From contig UQXJ01000005.1 of the NCBI GenBank assembly GCA_900545015.1, positions 2,668-66,667 on the forward strand: 64,000 bases of DNA, given 5' to 3'. Source of the stretch: an uncultured Mollicutes bacterium. GTDB lineage: Bacteria > Bacillota_I > Bacilli_A > RFN20 > CAG-826. The notes beneath the pieces were generated by a model. It made no database searches, was not told the DNA's origin, and saw only the letters and a program-made list of their open reading frames with translations. Both the position numbers and the translations under genes were made by a program. Shown here in pieces: positions 51,035 to 61,531 of the stretch (the stretch's first letter is position 1; each line of letters starts with the position of its first letter).

Positions 51035-52146
51035 ACAATGTTTTAGCTCTTGTTGATTTATATGATCAAAATGATTTAGGTTTACTTACTAAAGAAAGAC
51101 CACTTGCAAGTACAACTTTTCTTGGCAGATATGCTTTTATTGACTTCGTATTATCAAATTTAACTAATAGTGGCATTGACAACATTGGAATTCTTGTTAA
51201 AGAACATGTTAATAATATTCATAAGCATATATTATTTCCTAATACATATTTAACTAATCCAAAGACAGGCTTCTTAAGTTTCCTTATTAATGAAAAAGGC
51301 ATTATTAATCCTGTTTATAATACTGATGTAAATAATATTAAAGAAAACGATTTCGTTTTATTTGATGAAAATACAAAATATATTATTGTTACTAACTCAA
51401 GTATTGTTACTAAAACTGATTATAGAGAAATAATGAACGAACACATTAAAAGTGGAAAACTTTGCTCATTAGTCTATAAAAAAGTCGAACATTCAAATGA
51501 ATTTAGAAATTCATACAAAGTAGTTTCTGATAGTCTTAACTGCGTTCAAAAATTATATAAAGATATGAATGATGAACCTGCTAATGTTCTTTTAAATACT
51601 CTTATTATTGATAAAGAATTATTTATCAATATGCTTAAAAAATCTAACGAATTAAGTGTTGTTTATACTTTTGAAGACATGGTGAATTATATTGCTAACT
51701 ATGTTACAAAAGTTAACTTAATTGAATTTAAAGATATTGCTTTATGCTTTGATTCATTAGAAAAATATTTCAAATACTCACTTGATTTCTTAAATAATCC
51801 AATACTTTTAAAAGACTTCTTCGGGGATGAAAAATGGTCATTCTATACAACAACACACAATTCAAGACCTGTTTTACATGGTGAACATGCTGTTGTTGAA
51901 AATTCTTTAATTGCTAACGGAAGTGCAATTGAAGGAACTGTAAAAAATTCAATTATTTGTCGTGATGTTACTGTTGAAGAAGGGGCAACTGTTGAAAATT
52001 CTATTATTTTCACACACTGTGTAATCAAAGCTGGAACACATATTAAAAATGTTATCGCTGATAAACGTGTACATTTTGTGGAAAAGAAAGAAATTGTTGG
52101 TGATGAAAATAAACCACTTTATTTCCCAAGAGGAGTTAATGTTTAA
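51031..52146 (+). CDS. glgD: Glucose-1-phosphate adenylyltransferase regulatory subunit GlgD
   Basis: ATGA overlap with glgC. GlgC-like fold without the GGxGxRL motif (LTKERPLASTTFLGRYAFIDFVLSN). Confidence 0.75.
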   Translation: MNNVLALVDLYDQNDLGLLTKERPLASTTFLGRYAFIDFVLSNLTNSGIDNIGILVKEHVNNIHKHILFPNTYLTNPKTGFLSFLINEKGIINPVYNTDVNNIKENDFVLFDENTKYIIVTNSSIVTKTDYREIMNEHIKSGKLCSLVYKKVEHSNEFRNSYKVVSDSLNCVQKLYKDMNDEPANVLLNTLIIDKELFINMLKKSNELSVVYTFEDMVNYIANYVTKVNLIEFKDIALCFDSLEKYFKYSLDFLNNPILLKDFFGDEKWSFYTTTHNSRPVLHGEHAVVENSLIANGSAIEGTVKNSIICRDVTVEEGATVENSIIFTHCVIKAGTHIKNVIADKRVHFVEKKEIVGDENKPLYFPRGVNV

Positions 52147-52149
52147 TTT

Positions 52150-53595
52150 ATGAATATACTTTTTGTATCAAGTGAAGCTTTACCATTTGCAAAAACTGGT
52201 GGCTTAGCTGATGTTGCATATGCATTGCCAAAAGAACTCGTAAAAAAAGGTGAAGATGTTGGCGTTGTAATGCCATTCTATTCTTCAATTGACCAAAGCA
52301 AATTTAATATTAAATTTTTAGTTTCATTTGCAGTTAAAATGGGATGGAGATGCATAAAAACTGATGTTTACCATTCTATTATTGATGGAATAGACTACTA
52401 TTTAATTAGAAATGATTTCTATTTTAATAGAAATAATGGATTATATGGTTACTATGATGATGGTGAAAGATATGCTTTCTTCTCAAATGCTGTTCTTGAA
52501 TTAGTAAAACATTTGCCATTTAAAGTAGATGTTATTCATGTAAATGATTGGCAAACTGGAATGATTCCTTGCCTCATTAAAGAAAAGTACAAAAATGATG
52601 AATTCTTTAAAACAATTAAAACTGTTTTAACGATTCATAATCCATTATTTAAAGGGTACTTTGGTGTTGGAAGCTTAAATGATTTCTATGGACTAGATCA
52701 AAACTTGTTCTTTTCTGGAAGAATTAGACTTGAAGGACAAGTTTCAACACTTAAAGCAGGCATTGCTTTTGCTGATAAAATTACAACAGTTTCTCCAACA
52801 CATGCTTATGAACTTAAAACTCCTGAAGGAAGTAAAGGTTTATGGTACGACCTTGTTTTAAGACAAAATGACTTTGTTGGAATATTAAATGGAATGGATT
52901 ATAAAGAATTTGATCCTACTAGAGACCCATTAATTTATGCTAACTTCACTAAAAAAGAAATTGATGAAGGCAAAAAGAAAAATAAAGATGCGTTTGTAAA
53001 AGAATATAACCTTAAAAAAGATGCTCCTTTATTTAGCGTCGTATCTCGTTTAACAGATCAAAAAGGTCTCACATTAATTAATGCAATGGCTGATTTTGCT
53101 GTTAGTAGTGGTGCTAATTTTGCTCTTGTTGGTAGTGGAGAAAAATGGGCTGAAGACTATTACAACAATTTACAAAGAAAATATCCTGAAAATATTATGG
53201 TTTTCATTGGATATAACAATGAAATTGCTCACAAAGTTTATGCTGCCAGTGATTTCTTCTTAATGCCTAGTGCTTTTGAACCATGTGGATTAGGCCAAAT
53301 GATCGCTCAAAGATACGGAACTTTACCAATTGTAAGAAGAACTGGTGGGTTAAAAGATAGTGTCATCCCTTATTCTTATGCAATTAACAATTATAAAGAA
53401 GCTGATGGATTTGGATTTGATGATTTCTCAATTACTGAATCACTTAAATGTGTTGCTCAAGCGTTAATGACATATAACTCAAGATATACAACTTTTAAAA
53501 AGTTAAGATTAAATGCTGCAAAGGTTGATCACACATGGTCAAAATCTGCTGATGAATATATTGATTTATATAAATTAATGCTAAATATTAAATAA
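52150..53595 (+). CDS. glgA: Glycogen synthase (ADP-glucose type)
   Basis: SSEALPFAKTGGLADV N-terminal motif. PSAFEPCGLGQM. Confidence 0.9.
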   Translation: MNILFVSSEALPFAKTGGLADVAYALPKELVKKGEDVGVVMPFYSSIDQSKFNIKFLVSFAVKMGWRCIKTDVYHSIIDGIDYYLIRNDFYFNRNNGLYGYYDDGERYAFFSNAVLELVKHLPFKVDVIHVNDWQTGMIPCLIKEKYKNDEFFKTIKTVLTIHNPLFKGYFGVGSLNDFYGLDQNLFFSGRIRLEGQVSTLKAGIAFADKITTVSPTHAYELKTPEGSKGLWYDLVLRQNDFVGILNGMDYKEFDPTRDPLIYANFTKKEIDEGKKKNKDAFVKEYNLKKDAPLFSVVSRLTDQKGLTLINAMADFAVSSGANFALVGSGEKWAEDYYNNLQRKYPENIMVFIGYNNEIAHKVYAASDFFLMPSAFEPCGLGQMIAQRYGTLPIVRRTGGLKDSVIPYSYAINNYKEADGFGFDDFSITESLKCVAQALMTYNSRYTTFKKLRLNAAKVDHTWSKSADEYIDLYKLMLNIK

Positions 53596-53611
53596 AAATC
53601 ATAACTAAATT

Positions 53612-53637
53612 GGATCGAGGAAACTTGGTCCTTTTTC
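53612..53637 (+). terminator. Weak putative terminator after glgA
   Basis: GGATC (53612-53616) pairs with GGTCC (53627-53631), including one G-U pair, with a 10-nt loop and T5 following. Confidence 0.35.
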
Positions 53638-53657
53638 TTTATGCATATTATTTGATG

Positions 53658-53676
53658 TATACCCTGTGGGGGTATA
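53658..53676. promoter_or_regulatory. CsoR-type operator
   Basis: Perfect inverted repeat TATACCC-TGTGG-GGGTATA, a G/C tract flanked by AT arms as in the B. subtilis copZA operator. It overlaps a TAGAAT -10-like hexamer at 53675-53680, about 30 nt upstream of csoR. Confidence 0.6.
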
Positions 53677-53704
53677 GAATTTAAGTATTCTAAAGGAGAT
53701 AGTA

Positions 53705-53995
53705 ATGAGCTGCTGTTGTGAAAAACATACTTATAGAAAAGAAGCTGATAAGGATGCATTAAAAATTAGAATTAATAAAATAGCTGGACAAATGAACGGA
53801 ATCAAAAAAATGATTGATGATGATAGATACTGTTCAGATATTTTAATTCAACTTTTAGCAATTGAAAAAGCTATTAAAAGTTTAGAAATGGTAATTTTAG
53901 ATAATCATTTAAAAACATGTGTAGTAAATGACATTAAAAACAATGATTTATCTTCATTAGATGAAATTACAGATTTAATTAAAAAAATGGATTAA
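53705..53995 (+). CDS. csoR: Copper-sensing transcriptional repressor CsoR
   Basis: 96 aa. RINKIAGQMNGIKKMIDDDRYCSDILIQLLAIEKA plus downstream H...C (NHLKTC) ligands. Confidence 0.85.
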   Translation: MSCCCEKHTYRKEADKDALKIRINKIAGQMNGIKKMIDDDRYCSDILIQLLAIEKAIKSLEMVILDNHLKTCVVNDIKNNDLSSLDEITDLIKKMD

Positions 53996-53999
53996 TTTT

Positions 54000-56486
54000 A
54001 TGAAGAAAAAATTTGATATAGAAGGCATGAGCTGCGCAGCTTGTGCGGCGCATATTGATAATGCAGTAAGAAAAGTTGATGGAGTTAAAGATGTTAATGT
54101 GAATTTACTCTCAAATTCTATGGAAGTAGAATTCGATGATAAAAAATGCAATGATGAAAAAATAATTAACGCCGTTTTTGATGCAGGGTATGGTGCGTGC
54201 GAAATTGGTAAAAAACCCGAAAAGAAAGAAAAATCAAAAAACAGTAAGAGAGATTTGATCGAACTAATTGTATCTTTTATATTTCTTATTGTTTTAATGT
54301 ACATTTCTATGGGACATATGGATACTTTTAATTGGCCTTTACCTAGTTTTTTACTTGGAATGGAAAATGCTTTAACTTTTAGTTTTACCCAATTACTTTT
54401 AACAATTCCATCAATAATTTTCTTTAGAAAATTCTTTATTAATGGTTTTAAAAATTTATTCCATCTAAGACCTAATATGGATTCTTTAATTGCATTAGGA
54501 GCAACCGCAAGTTTAATTTATGGAATTGTTGCTATTTATGCAATCGGATATGGACTTGGTCATGATGATAATGAAATAGTTATGCAATATATGCATAATT
54601 TATATTTTGAAAGCGTTGCAATGATTTTAACTTTAGTTAGTTTAGGAAAATATTTAGAAGGACTATCAAAGAAAAAAACTACTAAAACTATCGAAGAACT
54701 CGTTAAACTTACACCTCAAAATGCTGTCGTTTTAAGAGATGATCAAGAATTAAATGTAAATATAAATGATGTAAAAGTTAACGATATTATTATTTGCAAA
54801 AAAGGAGATAAGATACCAGTTGATGGTGAGATTATAGATGGCAATGCTTCGATTGATGAAAGCAACATTACTGGAGAATCACTCCCTATATATAAAGGAA
54901 AAGGAAAAAATGTATTTGCTAGTACAATTATTACTGCGGGTTTTATAAAAATTAAAGCTCAAAAAGTTGGCGAAGATACATCGATTAATACTATAATTAA
55001 ATTAGTTGAAGAAGCTAGTAATTCGAAAGCTCCTATATCTAAATTAGTTGATAAAGTTTCACTTGTATTTGTTCCAACTATAATTAGCATAAGTTTAATA
55101 ACTTTTATAGGTTTTATTATTTCGATATATTGTTTTAATGCTCCTTATACATTTAGCGATGCTTTTAATTTTGCAATTTCTACATTAGTTATCGCATGTC
55201 CTTGTGCATTAGGACTTGCAACACCTGTCGCGATTATGGTTGGCTGTGGAAAAGGTGCTTCAAATGGTTTGCTTATCAAAAATGCGGAAGTTTTAGAAAA
55301 TACACATTATATAAAAACAATAGTTTTAGATAAAACAGGAACAATTACAGAAGGAAAACCTAAAGTAACTGATTTTATTGTATTTAAAGAAGATAAAAAC
55401 ATTAGAAATGAGATTTATTCGTTAGAGAAAAGAAGCGAACATCCATTATCTAATGCAATTGTTGAATTTTTAAGTTGCTCAAATGAATTTAAAATTGATG
55501 AATTTAAATCGATTGATGGAGTCGGAATAGAAGGAAAAATTGATAATAATGATATTATCATTGGAAACAAGAAAGTTTTAGAAATGATAAATGAAAATAA
55601 TTTTAGTTTATCAACCTTCAATAAGCTTAGCGAAGAAGGAAAAACTGTATTATTTGTTTCTAAAAATTCTAAAATCGCATGTTTAATTGCTTTAAAAGAT
55701 ACAATTAAAGAAAATAGTGCTGAAGCAATCAAAGAACTTAAGAAATTAGGAATTAAAATTATTATGTTAACTGGTGATAATGAGGTAACAGCAAAACATA
55801 TTGCAAATGAAGTAGGAATTAATGAAGTTATTAGTGAAGTTTTACCTCAAGATAAACAAAAAGTAATAAATTCATTAAAAACTGATAGTCATCATCTTGT
55901 TGCTATGGTTGGTGATGGAGTTAATGATGCGCTTGCTTTAACTAGTGCTGATATAGGAATAGGAATTGGAGCGGGTAGCGAAGTTGCACTTAATAGTAGC
56001 GATATTGTACTTAAAAGAAGTGATTTAATGGATGTTAAAAATGCACTGATTTTATCAAAAAGAACAATGGTAACTATTAAAATTGGATTATTTTGGGCAT
56101 TTTTCTATAATTCGATAGGTGTAATTCTTGCAACTGGCATTTTTTATCCATCATTTGGAATCAAATTGAATCCAATGATAAGTAGCCTTGCAATGGCTTT
56201 TTCAAGTGTATTTGTTGTGCTTAATGCATTAACAATAAATTTATTAAATTTTAATAAAAAAGGAGAAACAAAAATTATGAAGAAAGTTGTTAATTTTAAA
56301 ATTGATGGAATGATGTGTGAACATTGTAAAAAACATGCTTACGATGCAATCATGAAAGTAAATGGTGTCGAAGAAGCTAATGTTGATTTAAAAAATGGAA
56401 CAGCAAAAGTAACTGGTGAAAACTTTAATGAAAACGACATCATTAATGCTATAGAAGATGTTGGTTATAAAGCAAGAATTAATTAG
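54000..56486 (+). CDS. copA: Copper-translocating P1B-type ATPase with N-terminal and C-terminal HMA domains
   Basis: GMSCAACAAHI (N-terminal HMA). CPC motif IACPCALGLATP. DKTGT. GDGVNDA. C-terminal HMA IDGMMCEHCKKHA. Confidence 0.9.
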   Translation: MKKKFDIEGMSCAACAAHIDNAVRKVDGVKDVNVNLLSNSMEVEFDDKKCNDEKIINAVFDAGYGACEIGKKPEKKEKSKNSKRDLIELIVSFIFLIVLMYISMGHMDTFNWPLPSFLLGMENALTFSFTQLLLTIPSIIFFRKFFINGFKNLFHLRPNMDSLIALGATASLIYGIVAIYAIGYGLGHDDNEIVMQYMHNLYFESVAMILTLVSLGKYLEGLSKKKTTKTIEELVKLTPQNAVVLRDDQELNVNINDVKVNDIIICKKGDKIPVDGEIIDGNASIDESNITGESLPIYKGKGKNVFASTIITAGFIKIKAQKVGEDTSINTIIKLVEEASNSKAPISKLVDKVSLVFVPTIISISLITFIGFIISIYCFNAPYTFSDAFNFAISTLVIACPCALGLATPVAIMVGCGKGASNGLLIKNAEVLENTHYIKTIVLDKTGTITEGKPKVTDFIVFKEDKNIRNEIYSLEKRSEHPLSNAIVEFLSCSNEFKIDEFKSIDGVGIEGKIDNNDIIIGNKKVLEMINENNFSLSTFNKLSEEGKTVLFVSKNSKIACLIALKDTIKENSAEAIKELKKLGIKIIMLTGDNEVTAKHIANEVGINEVISEVLPQDKQKVINSLKTDSHHLVAMVGDGVNDALALTSADIGIGIGAGSEVALNSSDIVLKRSDLMDVKNALILSKRTMVTIKIGLFWAFFYNSIGVILATGIFYPSFGIKLNPMISSLAMAFSSVFVVLNALTINLLNFNKKGETKIMKKVVNFKIDGMMCEHCKKHAYDAIMKVNGVEEANVDLKNGTAKVTGENFNENDIINAIEDVGYKARIN

Positions 56487-56547
56487 CATTTATATAGTAA
56501 AGTAATAAATAAGAGTTCAATTTTAATTTTAAAAAAAGTATAATCTA

Positions 56548-56727
56548 GTCGATGAATAATTAAAGATTTTTATTTCTTAGAGAATTAACGGGTGGTGAAA
56601 GTTAATAAATAAAACTTTAAGTCTCACATCGACGATTTAACTTTAATGAGAGCGCTAAAAGTTTTTAGCGAACTAAGGTGGTACCGCGTATATTACGTCC
56701 TTAGAATGTTTTCTAAGGATTTTTTTA
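56548..56727 (+). promoter_or_regulatory. T-box leader (Leu specifier) controlling leuS
   Basis: TATAAT at 56539-56544. Stem I base GTCGATG (56548-56554) / CATCGAC (56627-56633). AGAGA at 56579-56583. CUC-A specifier at 56623-56626. T-box sequence AACTAAGGTGGTACCGCG at 56671-56688. Terminator hairpin at the 3' end. Confidence 0.8.
56699..56727 (+). terminator. T-box attenuator terminator
   Basis: CCTTAGAA-TGTT-TTCTAAGG followed by ATTTTTTTA. Confidence 0.75.
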
Positions 56728-56741
56728 TAGGAGGAATTTGT

Positions 56742-59147
56742 ATGTACAATCATAAAGAAGTAGAACAAAAATGGAGAAAAGTTTGGGACGATAACAAAGA
56801 ATATAGATGTGATACATCTGATTTTAGTAAACCTAAATATTATGCACTCGATATGTTCCCTTATCCAAGTGGACAAGGATTACACGTTGGACATCCAGAA
56901 GGATACACAGCAACTGATATTGTATCAAGAATGAAGAGAATGCAAGGCTTTAATGTTCTTCACCCAATTGGATGGGACGCTTTTGGTCTTCCTGCAGAAC
57001 AATATGCAATGAAAATGAATGAACATCCTGAAGCTTTTACAATTAAAAACATTAATAATTTCAGAAGACAAATTAAAATGCTCGGTTTTTCTTATGATTA
57101 TGATAGAGAAATCATGACATGCGATCCTTCATATTACAAATGGACTCAATGGATTTTTGCAAAAATGTTTGATAATAATTTAGCTTATGTTGATTATAAA
57201 CCTGTTAACTGGTGTCCAGAACTTGGAACAGTTTTAGCAAACGAAGAAGTTATTGATGGAAAGAGTGAAAGAGGTGGATTCCCTGTCATTCGTAAACCAA
57301 TGAGACAATGGATGCTTCGTATTACTGAATATGCAGATAAATTGGATGAAGGATTAAAGGGACTTGATTGGCCTAATTCAACTATTGAACTTCAACATAA
57401 CTGGATCGGAAAGTCTAAAGGCACAGAAGTTATATTTAAAATCGATGGAAGCGATAAAACATTTAAAGTTTTTACAACAAGAGCTGATACATTATTTGGT
57501 TGTTCATATTGCTGTTTAGCACCTGAACATCCACTTGTAAAAGAGCTTGTTACAGATGATAAGAAAGAAGAAGTTGAAAAATATATTGAAGTTTGTTCAC
57601 ATAAATCAGACTTAGATAGAACAGAATTAAATAAGGACAAAACAGGTGTATTTATTGGAAGATATGCAATTAATCCTATAAATAATAAAAAAGTGCCTAT
57701 CTTTATTGCTGATTATGTTTTAGCAAGCTATGGCAGTGGAGCAGTTATGGCAGTCCCAGCTCATGATGAAAGAGATTATGCTTTTGCTAAAAAATATAAT
57801 TTACCTATCAATGTAGTTATTGAAAGTGATTGTTCAAAAGAAGCATTTACTCAAGATGGACCACATATTAATAGCAACTTCATTAATGGTATGAAAATTA
57901 ATGAAGCAAAAGAAGCAATTACTAATAAATTAATTGAGATTGGTGCAGGAAATTTCAAAATTAACTACAAATTAAGAGATTGGTTATTCTCAAGACAAAG
58001 ATATTGGGGAGAGCCAATTCCAATTGTAACTTATGATGACACAAAAGAAATGGCTAGAATTAAAGATGAAGACTTACCTTTAGTTTTACCTAAATTAAAA
58101 GAATATAAACCTAGTGGAACAGGTGAATCACCACTTGTTCATGCAACTGATTGGTTACATATTACATATAATGGTCACAAAGCAACTAGAGAAACAAATA
58201 CAATGCCTCAATGGGCTGGAAGCTGTTGGTATTATATTCGATATATCGATCCACATAATAACAATGCAATTGCAGATAAAAAATTATTAGACCATTGGCT
58301 ACCAGTTGATTTATACATTGGTGGACAAGAGCATGCTGTCTTACATCTTTTATATGCTAGATTCTGGCATAAATTCTTATTTGATCAAGGTGTAGTTTCC
58401 TGCAAAGAACCATTCAAGAAATTATTCCATCAAGGAATGATTTTAGGCGAAAATGGTGAAAAAATGTCAAAATCTAGAGGAAATGTAATAAATCCTGATG
58501 ATATAGTTGAAAAATATGGTGCTGATACTTTAAGACTCTATGAAATGTTTATGGGACCACTTGAAGCAAGTTTACCATGGTCAAGCAACGGACTTGAAGG
58601 AAGTAGAAGATTTATTGATAGAGTCTATAGAATGTTCGAAGATAAAGAATTCTTTAGCAAAGTCGTAGATACAAACGATGGAAGTTTAGATTACATTTAT
58701 AACGTTACAGTTAAAAAAGTCACACTAGATTTTGAAGCATTACAATTTAATACTGCAATTTCACAAATGATGATTTTTGTTAATGAACTTTATAAAGCAA
58801 AAACAATTTATAGAGAATATTTAGAAAACTTTATTAAAATGTTTGATTGCATTTGTCCATTTGTTGGCGAAGAGATTTATCATACTTTCTTAGGACATAA
58901 TGAAACAATTACATATGCAAAATGGCCAACATATGATGAAAAGAAAACTCAACTTTTATCAATCAAAATGGCGGTTCAAATTAACGGAAAAATGAGAGAT
59001 TTAATCGAAGTTAATAAAGATGAAGATGATGAAGTTGTAAAAGAAAAAGCTTTAAGTTCAGATAAAATCAAGGCTAACTTAGAAGGACATGAAATTAAGA
59101 AAATAATTGTTGTTAAAAATAAAATCGTTTCTATTGTTGTTAAATAA
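56742..59147 (+). CDS. leuS: Leucine--tRNA ligase
   Basis: AGGAGG at 56729-56734 before ATG 56742. HVGHPEGYT (HIGH). KMSKSRGN (KMSKS). Conserved throughout. Confidence 0.95.
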   Translation: MYNHKEVEQKWRKVWDDNKEYRCDTSDFSKPKYYALDMFPYPSGQGLHVGHPEGYTATDIVSRMKRMQGFNVLHPIGWDAFGLPAEQYAMKMNEHPEAFTIKNINNFRRQIKMLGFSYDYDREIMTCDPSYYKWTQWIFAKMFDNNLAYVDYKPVNWCPELGTVLANEEVIDGKSERGGFPVIRKPMRQWMLRITEYADKLDEGLKGLDWPNSTIELQHNWIGKSKGTEVIFKIDGSDKTFKVFTTRADTLFGCSYCCLAPEHPLVKELVTDDKKEEVEKYIEVCSHKSDLDRTELNKDKTGVFIGRYAINPINNKKVPIFIADYVLASYGSGAVMAVPAHDERDYAFAKKYNLPINVVIESDCSKEAFTQDGPHINSNFINGMKINEAKEAITNKLIEIGAGNFKINYKLRDWLFSRQRYWGEPIPIVTYDDTKEMARIKDEDLPLVLPKLKEYKPSGTGESPLVHATDWLHITYNGHKATRETNTMPQWAGSCWYYIRYIDPHNNNAIADKKLLDHWLPVDLYIGGQEHAVLHLLYARFWHKFLFDQGVVSCKEPFKKLFHQGMILGENGEKMSKSRGNVINPDDIVEKYGADTLRLYEMFMGPLEASLPWSSNGLEGSRRFIDRVYRMFEDKEFFSKVVDTNDGSLDYIYNVTVKKVTLDFEALQFNTAISQMMIFVNELYKAKTIYREYLENFIKMFDCICPFVGEEIYHTFLGHNETITYAKWPTYDEKKTQLLSIKMAVQINGKMRDLIEVNKDEDDEVVKEKALSSDKIKANLEGHEIKKIIVVKNKIVSIVVK

Positions 59148-59242
59148 TTGAAACATTATTCTTAATTTTGTACTCTAATTTATTAAAATCGTTTCAAGCG
59201 TGTCTATTAAATGTTATTATTTAGACAATCAAGGAGACATAC

Positions 59243-60634
59243 ATGTTTTTATTCGACTTTTCAAGCGTAAGTAGCTCGATCTATTCGGTACTTACTATTA
59301 TTAACATAGTTATTTTAGGTATTTGTTCACTCGGATTTGTATTTCAAGTTTTGTATTTTATGTTGTCTTGGCTTAAAAAGAAAACATTACCTAAAACTGA
59401 CAAAAGATTTCGCTATGCTATCTTAATTCCTGCTCACAATGAAGAAAGTGTTATTGGTGAAACAGTAAAACGTATTCTTAATAATCAAAATTATCCAAAG
59501 GATATGTATAAAATATTTGTTTGTTGTCATAACTGTAATGACCATACAATGGAAAGAGTAAAAGAAGCTGGTGGAACACCTATTGAATTCATCGATCCAG
59601 ATCCAAATCATAGACTTGCTTATGTAATTGATTATGGCATTAAGTACATTCTTAAAAATCACAGAAATGATTTTGATTATATTATTAAAATTGATGCAGA
59701 TAATATTCTTGAATCAAATTTTATAAATAGAATTAATGAAGGAGCAGCAAAAGGCTATCGTTTAATGAGAGGTTATATCGCTACAGGAAACTTAACTCAA
59801 AATAATTGGTCAGCTGTTAGTGGCCTTTATTATATGAGAGATAGTAGAGTTTCTTCTCGTGTTAGAGAAAGACTTCATCTTTCTTCTATGATGGATGGTG
59901 GAGCTGGCATGACAATGTGCCTAGATTATCTTGAAAAATTAGGTGGTTATGGAACATATCATGTTAGCGAAGATGCTGATTTTACAATCGAAGCTCTTTT
60001 TAATGGTGAAAAAGTGCATTTTGTTGAAGATGCTATAGTATTTGATGATCAACCTGCAACTTTTATTGATACATTCCGTAGAAATAAAAGAATGGGAAAT
60101 GGTCTAAATAGATTGTTTCTTAAAAAAGGATGGAAGATGCTTTTGTTAGGAATATTCACAGGAAAAATTTCTTTGTTAGATTTATTCTTCCAATTATTAT
60201 TTATTCCAACTTCATTCTTTTCACTTGTTTGGATTCTTCCTTATTTTGTTGGTTTAATAATTTTCCATCTAGTTAATTTATCGACAAACGGAACATTGAT
60301 GACATTTATGAATACATGGAATGTTGTTGTTAATCAATATGGTGGTTCTTCTCTGGAATATAGCTTTATGATTGTTAAAGATATTGTTGAAAATGGAATT
60401 TTATTTCTCCTTGTAGCAGCTGGACTTTATATATTTGAAACATTAATTTGTGCTATGTCTGCTAAAAAAAGACTTAATGTAAATGTCAAGAAAATCGTTC
60501 CTGGAATTATCTTATCTCCTCTCTTTATGCTTTTATATAATATTTCAATTTTCTCAGGAATATTATCAAAACCTGAATGGAAAGCAATTGCTAGAAGCAA
60601 TAATTATGATTCAGTAACGGAAGCAAAAGACTGA
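59243..60634 (+). CDS. Membrane-integrated family 2 glycosyltransferase (processive synthase-like architecture)
   Basis: N-terminal TM. AILIPAHNEESVIGETV. DxD IKIDADN. SEDADFT. FRRNKRMGNG at the Q(R)xxRW position. Four C-terminal TM helices. Confidence 0.7.
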   Translation: MFLFDFSSVSSSIYSVLTIINIVILGICSLGFVFQVLYFMLSWLKKKTLPKTDKRFRYAILIPAHNEESVIGETVKRILNNQNYPKDMYKIFVCCHNCNDHTMERVKEAGGTPIEFIDPDPNHRLAYVIDYGIKYILKNHRNDFDYIIKIDADNILESNFINRINEGAAKGYRLMRGYIATGNLTQNNWSAVSGLYYMRDSRVSSRVRERLHLSSMMDGGAGMTMCLDYLEKLGGYGTYHVSEDADFTIEALFNGEKVHFVEDAIVFDDQPATFIDTFRRNKRMGNGLNRLFLKKGWKMLLLGIFTGKISLLDLFFQLLFIPTSFFSLVWILPYFVGLIIFHLVNLSTNGTLMTFMNTWNVVVNQYGGSSLEYSFMIVKDIVENGILFLLVAAGLYIFETLICAMSAKKRLNVNVKKIVPGIILSPLFMLLYNISIFSGILSKPEWKAIARSNNYDSVTEAKD

Positions 60635-60656
60635 TTAAAATTTAAATAAAACCACA

Positions 60657-60682
60657 AAATGCGGAGTAAAATCCGCTTTTTG
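60657..60682 (+). terminator. Rho-independent terminator after the GT2 gene
   Basis: GCGGA (60661-60665) / TCCGC (60672-60676) with a 6-nt loop, followed by T5. Confidence 0.6.
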
Positions 60683-60760
60683 TTTGCTTCTAAACTTCTA
60701 TTATGCTTTAATATGTAAGTCAAAATTCACGGTACCTTATGGACTGTAGAAAGGAACTTT

Positions 60761-61531
60761 ATGATTTTATGTATTGATTGTGGTAACACCTCAATTAAAC
60801 TTGGAGTCTATGACGAATCAGCACTTGTTAATAAATTCACTATTAAAACAAATAGAGAAAAAACAAGTGATGAATATGCCTATTCTTTTAAGACTTTAAT
60901 TAAGGAACGTTACGAAATTGATGGATGCATTATTTCAAGTGTTGTACCTTTATTGACTGTTGAACTTACTAGGTGCATTGAAAGAGTTTTTAAAATAAAA
61001 CCTCTTATTTTAAACAAGTCATTAAAAACAAAAATGAGTATTAAACTTGATAATCCATCAGAACTTGGTGCTGACTTACTTGCAGGAGCAATTGGAGCTA
61101 GAAAAAAATATGGCTATCCTCTAGTCGTTGCAGATTTAGGAACAGCAACAAAACTTTATGTCGTTGATGATAAAGGTGCTTTCGTTGGTGGCATTATTAG
61201 TTGTGGTATGGAAACTAGTTTAAAAGCCTTGGTTGATAATACATCACTTTTAATGGAAACACCAATTGCTGAACCAGCAAAAATTATTGGGAAGAACACG
61301 AAAGATTCTATTCAATCAGGTATTGTTTTCGGACAAGCTTACATGGTAAGCGAATTTGCTAGAAGAATTGAAAACGAACTTGGCTATAAAATAAATAGAA
61401 TTTTAACAGGTGGCTTTGCTAACGTCATTAGAGATCAAATTGTTTGTTTTAATTATGAAGAAAATTTGGTCCTAGATGGCTTATTTGAAATTTATTGTTT
61501 AAATGCAGGAGAAAAAAATGAAAAAGAATAA
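60761..61531 (+). CDS. coaX: Type III pantothenate kinase
   Basis: MILCIDCGNTSIKLGVY. VADLGTATK. ASKHA fold pattern. Confidence 0.85.
   Translation: MILCIDCGNTSIKLGVYDESALVNKFTIKTNREKTSDEYAYSFKTLIKERYEIDGCIISSVVPLLTVELTRCIERVFKIKPLILNKSLKTKMSIKLDNPSELGADLLAGAIGARKKYGYPLVVADLGTATKLYVVDDKGAFVGGIISCGMETSLKALVDNTSLLMETPIAEPAKIIGKNTKDSIQSGIVFGQAYMVSEFARRIENELGYKINRILTGGFANVIRDQIVCFNYEENLVLDGLFEIYCLNAGEKNEKE

Noticed and set aside
53529-53759. Minus-strand 76-aa ORF spanning the glgA end, the CsoR operator and the csoR start
   Set aside because: It overlaps two well-supported plus-strand genes and a regulatory palindrome, and has no motif or RBS.
56646-56741. N-terminal extension of leuS in the ORF track
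   Set aside because: It covers the T-box antiterminator and terminator. ATG 56742 with AGGAGG gives the canonical LeuRS N-terminus [11 protein letters not shown].
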